Source: Phoronis australis
Taxonomy: Eukaryota > Animalia > Phoronida
Assembly: GCA_002633005.1 (NCBI GenBank)
Contig: NMRA01000390.1
Location: 145,544-209,543 of the forward strand
Direction: 5' to 3'
Length of the DNA: 64,000 nucleotides
A program made the position numbers and the translations under genes. The notes under the pieces were generated by a model. It was not told where the DNA came from, ran no database searches, and saw only the letters and a list, made by a program, of their open reading frames with translations. Numbering within the stretch: the stretch's first letter is position 1; each line of letters begins with the position of its first letter. Below are positions 38,601 to 50,600 of the stretch, piece by piece.

Positions 38601-41600
38601 CTGTGTTGACTACAACATAACAGAAAGAGATTGCATTTATTGCTGTTAGCATTGCCTGCCCATTTGTGTTTGGATCTACACAGCATGGGCATTTCACTCA
38701 GGGTCTGAGCTCAGTCCACTAGGGTAGGTTGTTTACACTGTTAACTAAGACCCAGCATGAAAGCATCTGTATGCCAGGATACAGACAGTGGTGTTCTTCA
38801 ATGGAACTATTTTAAAGTGTGCAGAGAGGGTCTGGCACTTCTGTACCACTAGCTTTGTTTCTTGGTAGTGATGCTTAGTGTTACAATTTTATTTTTTCCA
38901 CCATCAGAGGTCCCATGACAAAAAATCCAAGTATTGAAGGACTCTAACTTGTACTTCTTCATTCGGGAAGTCGAATTTGTGCAATGTTCAATAATGCCTA
39001 AGATTTTCTAGAAAGTAGAAGGTTACACAGCAAAGTCTTGTTGTGACAACTCAAAAAATCACTGTAAAGCCCACAGCAATTAAACAAAATGTAATAACAT
39101 AATTAAACTTTACACGCATTACTACAATTCCACGAGAATGTGCACCTTGTTTTAATATGGATATGTAGGCATACCTTTGGCAAATGTGCGTCGATTTTGA
39201 CCAAAAACATACTGTTGTGGTCGACATATGATAATTGAAAATGAAATATCGAAATTATATGAGAAAAATGCAACATTTGAATTAACTGAAAGGCACATTT
39301 CACTCACAGACAGCCAGAGGGCTTATCACTGCAGTAAATCAAATGCGAAGCTGTTAACATAAACAAACTGCTGCACACTAGTTTATGTGGCCATCCGTCC
39401 CATCCGTATAAACCTACCGCAACTTACAGACCGTGGACCCTGAGCGGAATGGGTGAACTTGGAACAATGAGCTAAATACTGTATTTATACTGTATTTAGC
39501 TCATTGCTTGGAACAAGGTGCAAATTGTATCAGAATGCATCAAACGCGTTTATAATCATGGACCTTAGATTAGTTTCCAGCATATGTTACTAGAACAACT
39601 TGAGGCTGGTTTGACAATTGCGTAGACAAGGCATTGGTCTAGTCTGTTCCAAGAAAACAGACTTATACCTAAAACAAATCTCTTAAACATGATTCAAATT
39701 TAGCATCCACTAATTACAAATAATTTCAAAAATCCATTCAAACAAAATACTAGATTTTTCTCAACATTGTCTTTATATTGGTGGCCAGACAATCCAGCTG
39801 AATAAATGCCTAATGGATGTATCAAAACAAAATTTTCAGAAAATGTATCTAAGGTTAAAACTTTGTATTACTGAACTCTAAAACTTTCAGGAAGCATATT
39901 TGAATCTGATGTTTGGTTTCTGTAAAATTCTGTTTATGGAATATACGCTCCAATGTTGTCAGGAGAAAACTGTGTTATGCAAATGAAAGTCTCGGATAAT
40001 TGGAGGTCAAACTAAATCATTGACTGTGGCTGTAGATAACAGTTGAAAATAAATTACAGCTCATCGTAGTTTTGAGAAAAAGAAGTTAACACAATGTGAA
40101 ACTTTCTAGGTACCATTGTATGTTGGATAGGACTTCTTCAATAACTCTATATCATGTCCATTTTGACAAACTTAATATCAAATTAAGATGAAATATGACT
40201 TGAAGTTAAGACAGAAACATAACCATGACGATCTTAGTTAAGATACTTTTAGTGGAATGCAATTTTCAGTTTCAAGTCAAAATTTACAAATCATAGATAG
40301 AAGACAAAAATGAACTTATCTTTACTAGTTTCTCAGAAAAGGTTCATGATTTTTGAATTGTGGCTATTGTATTGTTTTTTCTTTCGCTATTTGAACAAGA
40401 CCCACTCAACTGATATGTACACTTTTCATGTTGTAAATTACACTAATGACTCACTGTTGTTGTAGTTACCCACAATGCCAGTGGGTGACGAAAATATCAT
40501 TCCAGTCAAAATGTTCAGTTCAACTAGCATTTCCATTCCAGCTTCTGCAAAAAAGACATAAAATTCATCATGGTGTGAACTGTAATGCTATTGGTATAAC
40601 CATCCTAACTTTGCAATTTTGAAAGATTGCAAAATTACTGTCTACGTTTCAACTCGTCTATCAGATGAGTGTACCAAAAAGTCATTGGCCTCAGATGATC
40701 AGCAATTGGGCTGTTCAGTGTGTGTAGTTGTGATTTGTCATTACTGGGTGTCTAACAAACGAGGAAGTTTCAAGAAGAGAAGCAAATGACCACCACTACT
40801 AATTGTACCCTGGCATCTTCGAATTTTCCAAGACGGTGCACTGTAAGCAAAGTTATTGTGACAAGAACTCACTAGTGAAACAACAACAGCTAGAACCTGT
40901 GACATCATCACACCTGTGTACTGGGTGATGCCATAGCAAGATTACAACATGACGCACAAATAATATCAAATGAACTATTTATAAAAAGGCTCTTCTCTCT
41001 TCATTTTACCCTTCATTTCATAACGTGAATATAGTTACAACTTGTTCGTTTAGTTACTTCCACTGCTTTGAGTCAGCTGCCAAAATGTCATAAAGTCACT
41101 ACATCACATAACTGCAAAAAATGATACCGTAAGCTGCAAGTGGTGCAAAGATGTGACATCGTCCACCTTCACTAGGGGGCAGTATCTTCAACGCAATTGT
41201 TTCAAAGAAGTTTCGAATGTACGTCTGCTCCAGGTTCTGTATCTGAATAGCCACACCATTCACCAAGCAGATTTCACTTGGTAAGACAGTGTGAGTAAAG
41301 ATACCAACACTCCTGTTGACAAAATCAAAAACATCACCGACTGATTAAAGTCAGAATAACTAAAAAAATTGCAACAGTGCTCATTAGTTGATTCTAGCCC
41401 CTAGCAGCCCATGTTGCAACAAAGTTAAGCTCAAGTCAGACATAGACATTCCACAGTTACATTGTTAATATCTCACAAAACCATACATGTCATGTGACTA
41501 TCGAGTAAACATAATATCAGCTGTTTCATAGAATTGGATCTCACTGTAACCACCATCGGATAAGAGTATCTCACAAGGAGCCACCTATAACATACTGACC

Positions 41601-44600
41601 AATAATTAGGACGATTCTTGAAGAGGAGCGTTCTCACTTAAAGCAATGTTATGTAATAACAGCCTTGGGCAAACTCTTTTGGCAGAGCTACAAGACTGGG
41701 TATGCATTACAAATTAAGACCTTTGAAGGAAGAGCTAAAACCTTTTTCACTTACTGAGCTTGCCTTCCTTGTAGTGCCTGATCCAATCTTACGAGTAGAG
41801 ACTCCACAGTAGTCCCTTCATATTCATATACAAGAGGGATAACTCCAAACATAACAGCATCGTGTAATAACTGCAATAAAACAGTGACGTTTACATCTAC
41901 AAGTCACATTAACATAATATTGAATAGGAATGACACTTAAAAGGATACTAAACCTTGTTTTGATGATCTCCACCAATCCTTTTTCTAATACCTGCTAGTG
42001 CATCATTGGCATCAATTTTCCAAGTAAAACACAGAAATAAATTATAATAATAACTCATGTCACAGATTGGATATAATGGTCGATAGTGGGTCGTCTTTTC
42101 CCATAGTTTCCGTGTAATTCACAAAAAGCGAAGACCACGCTTGTTCGTTTAGCAGACTTTGAAAGTTTCAAATTTTCCTCGAAACTTTTAAGGGTTGTCA
42201 AAGGTTACAGAGCATAATTTTGTTTCAGAGAACAGCTAGGATCATGGTAAAGTCGTTTTTAGTACCTGGTAGTATAGGCCAAAACCCGATTTGGTATCAA
42301 AATGCAAAAATGCACTGCACCAATTCATTCATCACCACCATCTGTACAATGGGAAAGTGAGGAAAAAAGTAAAATGGCTGCCACAGTGCTACCATGTGTC
42401 AACCAAAAACATAACACATTCATGTTGTGTGCGGAAATATGTGCAGTACATATAAATGCAACCTGTAGCATGAAAACAAATAAACAAATTCATAACAAAG
42501 CAACACAGCTGACGAAACAAATTTGCCAAGTAATAATACACTAATTGCACAAACCAAACTTAAAGTAAACAACATTGCGCATGCAAAGTACTGTTGTCTC
42601 TTGAGTCATGTCTACACGTCAACATAGACAGTGGAAAGGACTGCACTCATTTCTTTAATATTCATTCCTGCTACACCCACATTTGCAACATGTCTAAAAT
42701 TTCCTTGCGCAACAAGAGCTTCAAGTGTTTTACTACTGCAGTCCTGTAGTAACAGTGGTGTCAGGTACATTTGAGTAAAAGAAAAAGACAGACTAGAGCA
42801 ACAAATGGTACTGAATTGGCAGTGTGTAGTGACAAAGAACATGATGTCCTCCAGCACTGTGTGCCTTTTTCAATATCATTCTGTGATCTCTTGTTTAACA
42901 ACTGCATGTTCATGTTGTAATGAACAACGGAGTCTGTGTTTTGTCACATATAAACTCACATCAGCAGCAGGAACACGGGATGATATAAATATGATCCGAG
43001 GGTTGGAGTGGTTGGGATAGTTCATGCTGAGAAGGTTATGATTACCATGCTTGTTCCCAGAATAAGGGGAAGCTATTTGGCCAGCAGTCAGGTCCTGTCT
43101 AAAACCAAGCAAAAATATAGGGTTACAAACATTACCACTTTAAGAGCTATACAATCATCATAGTACAATTGTGTGGCAGTACAACAAAATGATAAAATAG
43201 TGCAATCATGTAACTATGTAATGGTTCAATTGTGTACTAGTGCAACAAAGTGGTGCAACAGTGCAATGATACAACAGCACAACAGTACAACTGTGTAATG
43301 GTAAAACAGTGCACTGGTACAACAGCACAATAGTACAACTGTGTAATGGTAAAACAGTGTACTGGTACAACAGCACAATAGTACAACTGTGTAATGGTAA
43401 AACAGTGTACTGGTACAACAGCACAACAGTACAACTGTGTAATGGTAAAACAGTGTACTGGTACAACAGCACAACAGTACAACTGTGTAATGGTAAAACA
43501 GTGCACGGGTACAACAGCACAATAGTACAACTGTGTAATGGTAAAATAGTGCACGGGTACAACAGCACAATAGTACAACTGTGTAATGGTAAAATAGTGT
43601 GACTGTGTATGCCATGCAAACAATGGGCGAAATTGAATGCTAATCAATACTATGAATTGCGCATCACTACTTAGACCGATAAGGTCCTATATAATCTTCA
43701 GCAGACAACATGCTGTGCTCCTTCAGGAGGACTTAAGTCTTTGGAAAGTCAGCCTGAATTCAGTGACAAAACAGCAAAAGCCCATTCTTAGATGCATATG
43801 TTGAACAGATGTTCCTAGCTACATACTGTTATTTTCTACCACACCTCTGCAGTCTTAGAATTTGAACTTTAGTACCTGGTGGTTATCCGCTCAAAAGGAG
43901 GCTCCCATGGTTGACGTATTAGCTCCATCAGTCTCCTCTCCGTCAAGTTTTCAAATTCAACACGCTCCGACAATGTCCTCTGTCGACTGTTCTCAGACAG
44001 CTCNATGTCTACAGTGACCAACCAATGTCTACAGTAATTACTAACCAATGTCTACAGTTACTAACCAATGTCTACAGTTACTAACCAATGTCTACAGTGA
44101 CCAACCAGTGTCTACAGTAGTTGCTAACCAATATCTACAGTTCCTAACCAATGCCTACAGTTACTAACCAATGTCTATAGTTACTAACCAATGTCTACAG
44201 CGACTAACCAATGTCAACAGTAGACTTTACAATTAATAACAAGTCTCAATGAACTAAGAGCTGACAAACTTATTCCAAGTAGTACTTACCTCCAGTTTAT
44301 GAGACATGGCCTTAATCTGTCAAAGAAAAGTACAAAAAAGCAATCATGAATGAAACACAAAACTTTGAGACCATTTTATCAATGAAAGATTACCAGTAAA
44401 ATTGTTGCACACTATACTTAGATAATTTGTTAAAGTTCCTGCCCGTCTAAGCAACATCTAAAATAATAAAAAACACCCAAAATTACTTTTCACTATTAAT
44501 TTTTAATAAAATTTGAATTGTTTTTAAATTCAAAAGTGAAGTATAACTTCTCATTAACTACAACCCATCAATTGCAAAGTAACCTCGCAATGCCCACATC

Positions 44601-47600
44601 ATGCTCGTCATATTTACTTACTGTCAAAGCTCTATGCTTTCCAGGAGGTTTGTCTGATAGACCTTTGCTTGTAACTATAGAGTCTGGTGCTGTACTGGAC
44701 CGGACATGACGTTTTGTTTGACCAAATTTATTGTGGTACGTAAGTGCTGACTGGGGTTGTATTGGGTCGTTGGGATTGAAATCTTTCATCATGGCTTCAT
44801 TGGCTTTCGTCAATTCTTTAGGAAATTTGTCAGGATGTTGCCAGTCTGGTCTTGCTCTCACTATAGCTACTTTAAAAAAATTATAGAATGATGACCAACA
44901 CAGTAAAGCTTGGCATCTTATGCTTGGCCCACAGCATAAAACATTGCTTCCATTTATTCTAAGCTTTCACTGTCACTGCATGGTGCATTTTTATTTTAAC
45001 AGATCATCACAAGATGCCAGTTCACATACTCGAGCAAATTAAATCTTTGTTTGGACGACAACATTCAATTTCATACCCATACGTGATGGTGTCAAAATCA
45101 AAGTTGCCTAACAAATCTAGACATTTGGCTTTAGCTTTTTTGCTCGCTTGATGGACTAGACAACTAAAATGGTTCATAAAGCCATGTCCAGTGCACTAAG
45201 TCCCTTATTGAAACCTATAAGACTGGATTGAGGCCATTTTGCATTAAAGGCAAATAAAAAAATTTGGACCTCAATAAAAACAAAAACTTCATAAGTAGCA
45301 TATTCCAAATATTTTTTGAATTTTAATGGTTAACCAATGACTCACATGAGTCAATCCATGGTCTGTTTGCCCTTGCTCTTTGCCGAGACTTCTCCTTTTT
45401 GTTGCCAAGTGCCTCCATCTTATCACCTTGCTCATCCACATCGACTGGCCTTCTGAAAATCTTCACACAAGACAAACAAAGAGAAAGATTACTTCAGTTA
45501 CAACAATAGAACTTAACACTTTGAGTGTTCACAAACAGAATGAACACAAATCACTTGACTAAACGAATGGCCAAATTTCAAGGTACCAACTTTAAGAAGG
45601 TTATAGTCCCTATATTAATTAGACATTCAAGTTTTAGTATTAAAAATGGCGACACCTGAGCACAGACTGCTTGACAGGAAGTTAAAGACAGAACTGATAC
45701 AAACATGCAGTGGATACCTTGATATTCATTGAAAAAAGGGAAAAATAACATCAAATAGACCAACTGTCAGGGCAATATCATGTTATGGCACTTTATGGAT
45801 TCAGTAACGTATAATTGGTCAATTCATTCAGCAATAGCAAATCTGACAATTGGGTGGCTTCAAGTGATATAACCAGCTAGCCAGGCAACATCACTTTAAA
45901 GGAAGTCAGTTTACTAGTGAGTTTTAGCCAATCAGAAGACATAAGTAACAAGCCTGCTTTATTACCAAGCTTTAGATTAAAACTGGATTACAATCAAGTG
46001 AAAACAATCCAAGAAGAGCAACTATTCACGTGTATGTAACCGTTGTTGTAATGGAAAGTCATAAAAGTTCCAGGGACCCACGATATGCATAGTTTGAGCA
46101 TTAACGGTGATTTCAGTCTGTTTACAATGTGAACTAATCAATGCATTAAAATGTCTTAAACTGGCCATCCAAGTGTGCGTCGTCTGCTTGCATGGGTGTG
46201 TGGCTGGGAGGCGACTATCTGTTCATCTGTTATCACAAGTGTGAATGTGTCCCTTGACAAACATGTGGTCTTTTGTGTTGTAGTCCCGATATCAAAATCA
46301 ACCTTGTCTCACTAGCGGATCTAGGATGTCGTAACAGGATGCAACCTTAATTTCAAAGGAAAATGTCCATGACTTGTGCCCTTTAAAACCGGAATGGCCC
46401 GGACACCCTACAGCTCCGTGAATCCCCATATCTGTTATAAACGAGACAACAGTTCCAAGAATAAAATCCCTTCATGCCCTTAGCTGGCAATGTCATTGTG
46501 CTTTGGACCGAAAATAGAGAAAACATAAAATCTACATGGAAGATACAAAACATCCATCAGAAATGTAATAAGTATGGTAGCCAACATACACTGACAGATC
46601 TAGGATGCTACTGCAAGAGAGCGGGTCCATTACAATTGTTCACCTAGGCCTTAAAAGCAGCATGACGATGGTGTTATTTAATCATGTTTTTAAGAAGTCC
46701 TCCTGGCCTCCCTAAAGAGGGTAGTCTGATAATTTGAACTTCAAGATGAACAATTCCAGAGGTATTCCCACCTGAATAAGCAGGAATTTCACTACTTATT
46801 GGGACAGTGATTAGCAAATAGGATCAGAAAAGAGAAATGGAAAACACAAAAGAACTTGTCTCATCTTTTGACACATTGACATCCCCGTATGCAAACAAAA
46901 AACTAAGTGCATAAAAATCAATCCCAGCACAATTCGCCAATTACATAGATATGGACCCATACATGAAACAGATATTTTACAAGGTGGATGATTTTTTATT
47001 GAGATGGACACACAAGCAGACATGATGTATGGACCACACACAAAAGGATGTTAGGTTTAATAAAAAGGAGCAACAAACAAACCAAACATTCATAATCACG
47101 TTTGAACTTCATTCCACTTTGATTGTGCACATGTGTGTACGCACAAGGACATAGCACCAAGAAGGAAAATTCAGCAAGGATAATAGCTTACAGATGGTCC
47201 ATCCATGTGTAAAGTCCTTGTGCATGCAATGTAGTGCCTTTTCCAGGCACCATACTCTGTATCGGTGGGAGAATAGGGCAGAGACCAGCCAAACTTCATG
47301 CACTTTGGCATCCAGAGCATGTCCTAAAACATTTTTTATTGTTCGTAACTATTCAACTATTTACTGAATAGGCAAACATGTAACAAAGATGTAATACAGA
47401 AACAAAATCTTGCAATAACATGACATCTAAATATCTGTAACTATTAATGGACTGACAAGACATTCAACTCACAAGCATGCAAAACTATATTAATTAACCA
47501 ATAACAATACCAGAGAATTGTTACTAAGCACCTGCAATTCATTTTCAAAATATTCTTTGTTTCCATTTTCATGAAAATATATTTAAGCTTTTTGAAATAA

Positions 47601-50600
47601 TGAGCTAATTCAACTTCATAGTTGGAAATGGGTTCTGCATTCGACGGGAAAAATAAGTCTTTTAGCTATAGTGATCTTATAACACCAATTGTGAAAATGC
47701 AAAAGTGAGAAAATAACAAACAATACAGATTAGTGTGCACAGTAAACAACTTGGAATTTTTTGTGTTTTGAACATAATGGTTTACCCACTCGTTGTTAAC
47801 TAACCCCCACAACATCACACCAATGTAACCCACAACATCACACCAATATAACCCACAACATCACACCAATATAACCCACAACATCACACCAATATAACCC
47901 ACAACATCACACCAATATAACCCACAACATCACACCAATATAACCCACAACATCACACCANNNNNNNNNNNNNNNNNNNNNNNNNNNNNNNNNNNNNNNN
48001 NNNNNNNNNNNNNNNNNNNNNNNNNNNNNNNNNNNNNNNNNNNNNNNNNNNNNNNNNNNNNNNNNNNNNNNNNNNNNNNNNNNNNNNNNNNNNNNNNNNN
48101 NNNNNNNNNNNNNNNNNNNNNNNNNNNNNNNNNNNNNNNNNNNNNNNNNNNNNNNNNNNNNNNNNNNNNNNNNNNNNNNNNNNNNNNNNNNNNNNNNNNN
48201 NNNNNNNNNNNNNNNNNNNNNNNNNNNNNNNNNNNNNNNNNNNNNNNNNNNNNNNNNNNNNNNNNNNNNNNNNNNNNNNNNNNNNNNNNNNNNNNNNNNN
48301 NNNNNNNNNNNNNNNNNNNNNNNNNNNNNNNNNNNNNNNNNNNNNNNNNNNNNNNNNNNNNNNNNNNNNNNNNNNNNNNNNNNNNNNNNNNNNNNNNNNN
48401 NNNNNNNNNNNNNNNNNNNNNNNNNNNNNNNNNNNNNNNNNNNNNNNNNNNNNNNNNNNNNNNNNNNNNNNNNNNNNNNNNNNNNNNNNNNNNNNNNNNN
48501 NNNNNNNNNNNNNNNNNNNNNNNNNNNNNNNNNNNNNNNNNNNNNNNNNNNNNNNNNNNNNNNNNNNNNNNNNNNNNNNNNNNNNNNNNNNNNNNNNNNN
48601 NNNNNNNNNNNNNNNNNNNNNNNNNNNNNNNNNNNNNNNNNNNNNNNNNNNNNNNNNNNNNNNNNNNNNNNNNNNNNNNNNNNNNNNNNNNNNNNNNNNN
48701 NNNNNNNNNNNNNNNNNNNNNNNNNNNNNNNNNNNNNNNNNNNNNNNNNNNNNNNNNNNNNNNNNNNNNNNNNNNNNNNNNNNNNNNNNNNNNNNNNNNN
48801 NNNNNNNNNNNNNNNNNNNNNNNNNNNNNNNNNNNNNNNNNNNNNNNNNNNNNNNNNNNNNCTTCATTGCACAGTGGAGCAGACGACGAAAACGGAGTCG
48901 TAGTGCGCAGCGCCACTGCCGGTCGCCTGGGATATCGCGGAGAGCCTACACTAAGTGTATACTTAGCCATAGTTCCATTACGAATGAGCCGTATTCCGAA
49001 TTTGACACTCGACCCCCAAACACTAAAACTGCACACATTTAAATCTTTTTTCATCCGTATAATTTTAATTACCGGGGTTAATTAATAAACTCACCATTTC
49101 CCTACGCTCTTACTGTTTTATTTTTTTGCGGCAGTCAAGGGGGGGGCCGGGCCCCCCCCTAAATCCGCCTATGTAACCCACAACATCACACCAATATAAC
49201 CCACAACATCACACCAATATAACCCACATCACACCAATATAACCCACAACATCACACCAATAATTGCTATCACCCGCTCATCTTCAGAAAGCATGACCAG
49301 CACAAAATATTGATGGTAAAAGACACAAATTGACAAATTACAAAACACATGCCCTGAAAAATATATCAAAGCAAACGATAACATCCAATTCTTAAGAAAA
49401 TGTTTCAGCGCACTGTTTTTGTTCAGTTTACAAGTCGACATTTCAACATATTAGTTACCTGTTCTGTTAAGAACCTCCAGTGCCAACAGACACGTGATGC
49501 CCTACAGAGACTACGAGCGTCCAGGAAAGAAAAGATATAGAGTGCAAGGAAGCGAGGTAAACAGGCGGTGAAGTCCATGTGGCGTATTGGTATTCTTTCT
49601 TGGAACCAGTTTTGCATGAACAGCAGCTGAGTTCTTCTACATTTCTTCAAGATAGCATCTATGAACCGTTTACGTTGAGAGTCATTCCAAAGATCAAACT
49701 ACAAAAAAGATGGATTTCAGATGAAAATGTGATGTCGTATTAGCCCTAATAACTTGAGACCCGGTCTCCGAAACAGGTGAAATCGGAAGCTAAGATTCAT
49801 CATATTTACGCCCTGTGACGTGTCTGTAACCAATGACAGACTAATTTCTACAAAATTGTGGTGCATTGCTATCAAACTTAATTGCTGTTAAATTATGATC
49901 ATTTTACAGAAAATTTGCATAAATCTCAGGGCGAAAACTCGCCGACTGACTGCCTCTCAATCGTCGATATGGCAACTTGAATGCCTGAATAAAAATACAG
50001 TTTCAACTCAAGCAAATTACCTGAAATCCTCCTTAAGTTTTCCAGATAGCGTCCCTAAGATTTTTAAGTTCTCGTAAAGTTGGGATTAACAACAGGTGAA
50101 GTGCAAATCTGTGCTAGATCGTGCCGTCTATGATCATAAGCCTACCCGGTAACACCAGAAAATAATCTCTGGACATGTTGTTGTCACGTGCTTTAAAGTT
50201 CGTCTGCATGTGTGAGTAAGTGAGCGCATGCGTGTCACTAGAGTAAACGCAATCTAACGAGCTACATGTGCACTGTACACAAGCAGAAAGCAGAATGTCT
50301 TTCACTCAGCACTTGGCGGTCTCATCTGCTAAAAAACGTTCAGCAATTGTCTCGGTAAGGCCCATATTAGTCGCCGTGTGGCTGGATGTGTACGTGACTG
50401 TCTGACAGTGAAAGGATGAGTAATCAGTGACTGTCAGTAGTCATTTTATTGGATATATTTGGCTTTAAAAACACCAATTATGATTAATCAAACAATCCCT
50501 CTTAAAAATAACACAAAATTTTTCATGGTATTAGAAACTGTCGGAAATAAGTGCCAATATTTATTTCTTGCCCATGCTATACAACCCGTTTCGTGAATGG

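Noticed and set aside
43206-43647. Cys/His-rich repetitive ORFs (also 37279-37858)
   Set aside because: Translations of intronic minisatellites, open in several frames.
47930-49054. Long ORFs containing X runs (also 19318-19652)
   Set aside because: Artefacts of N gaps.
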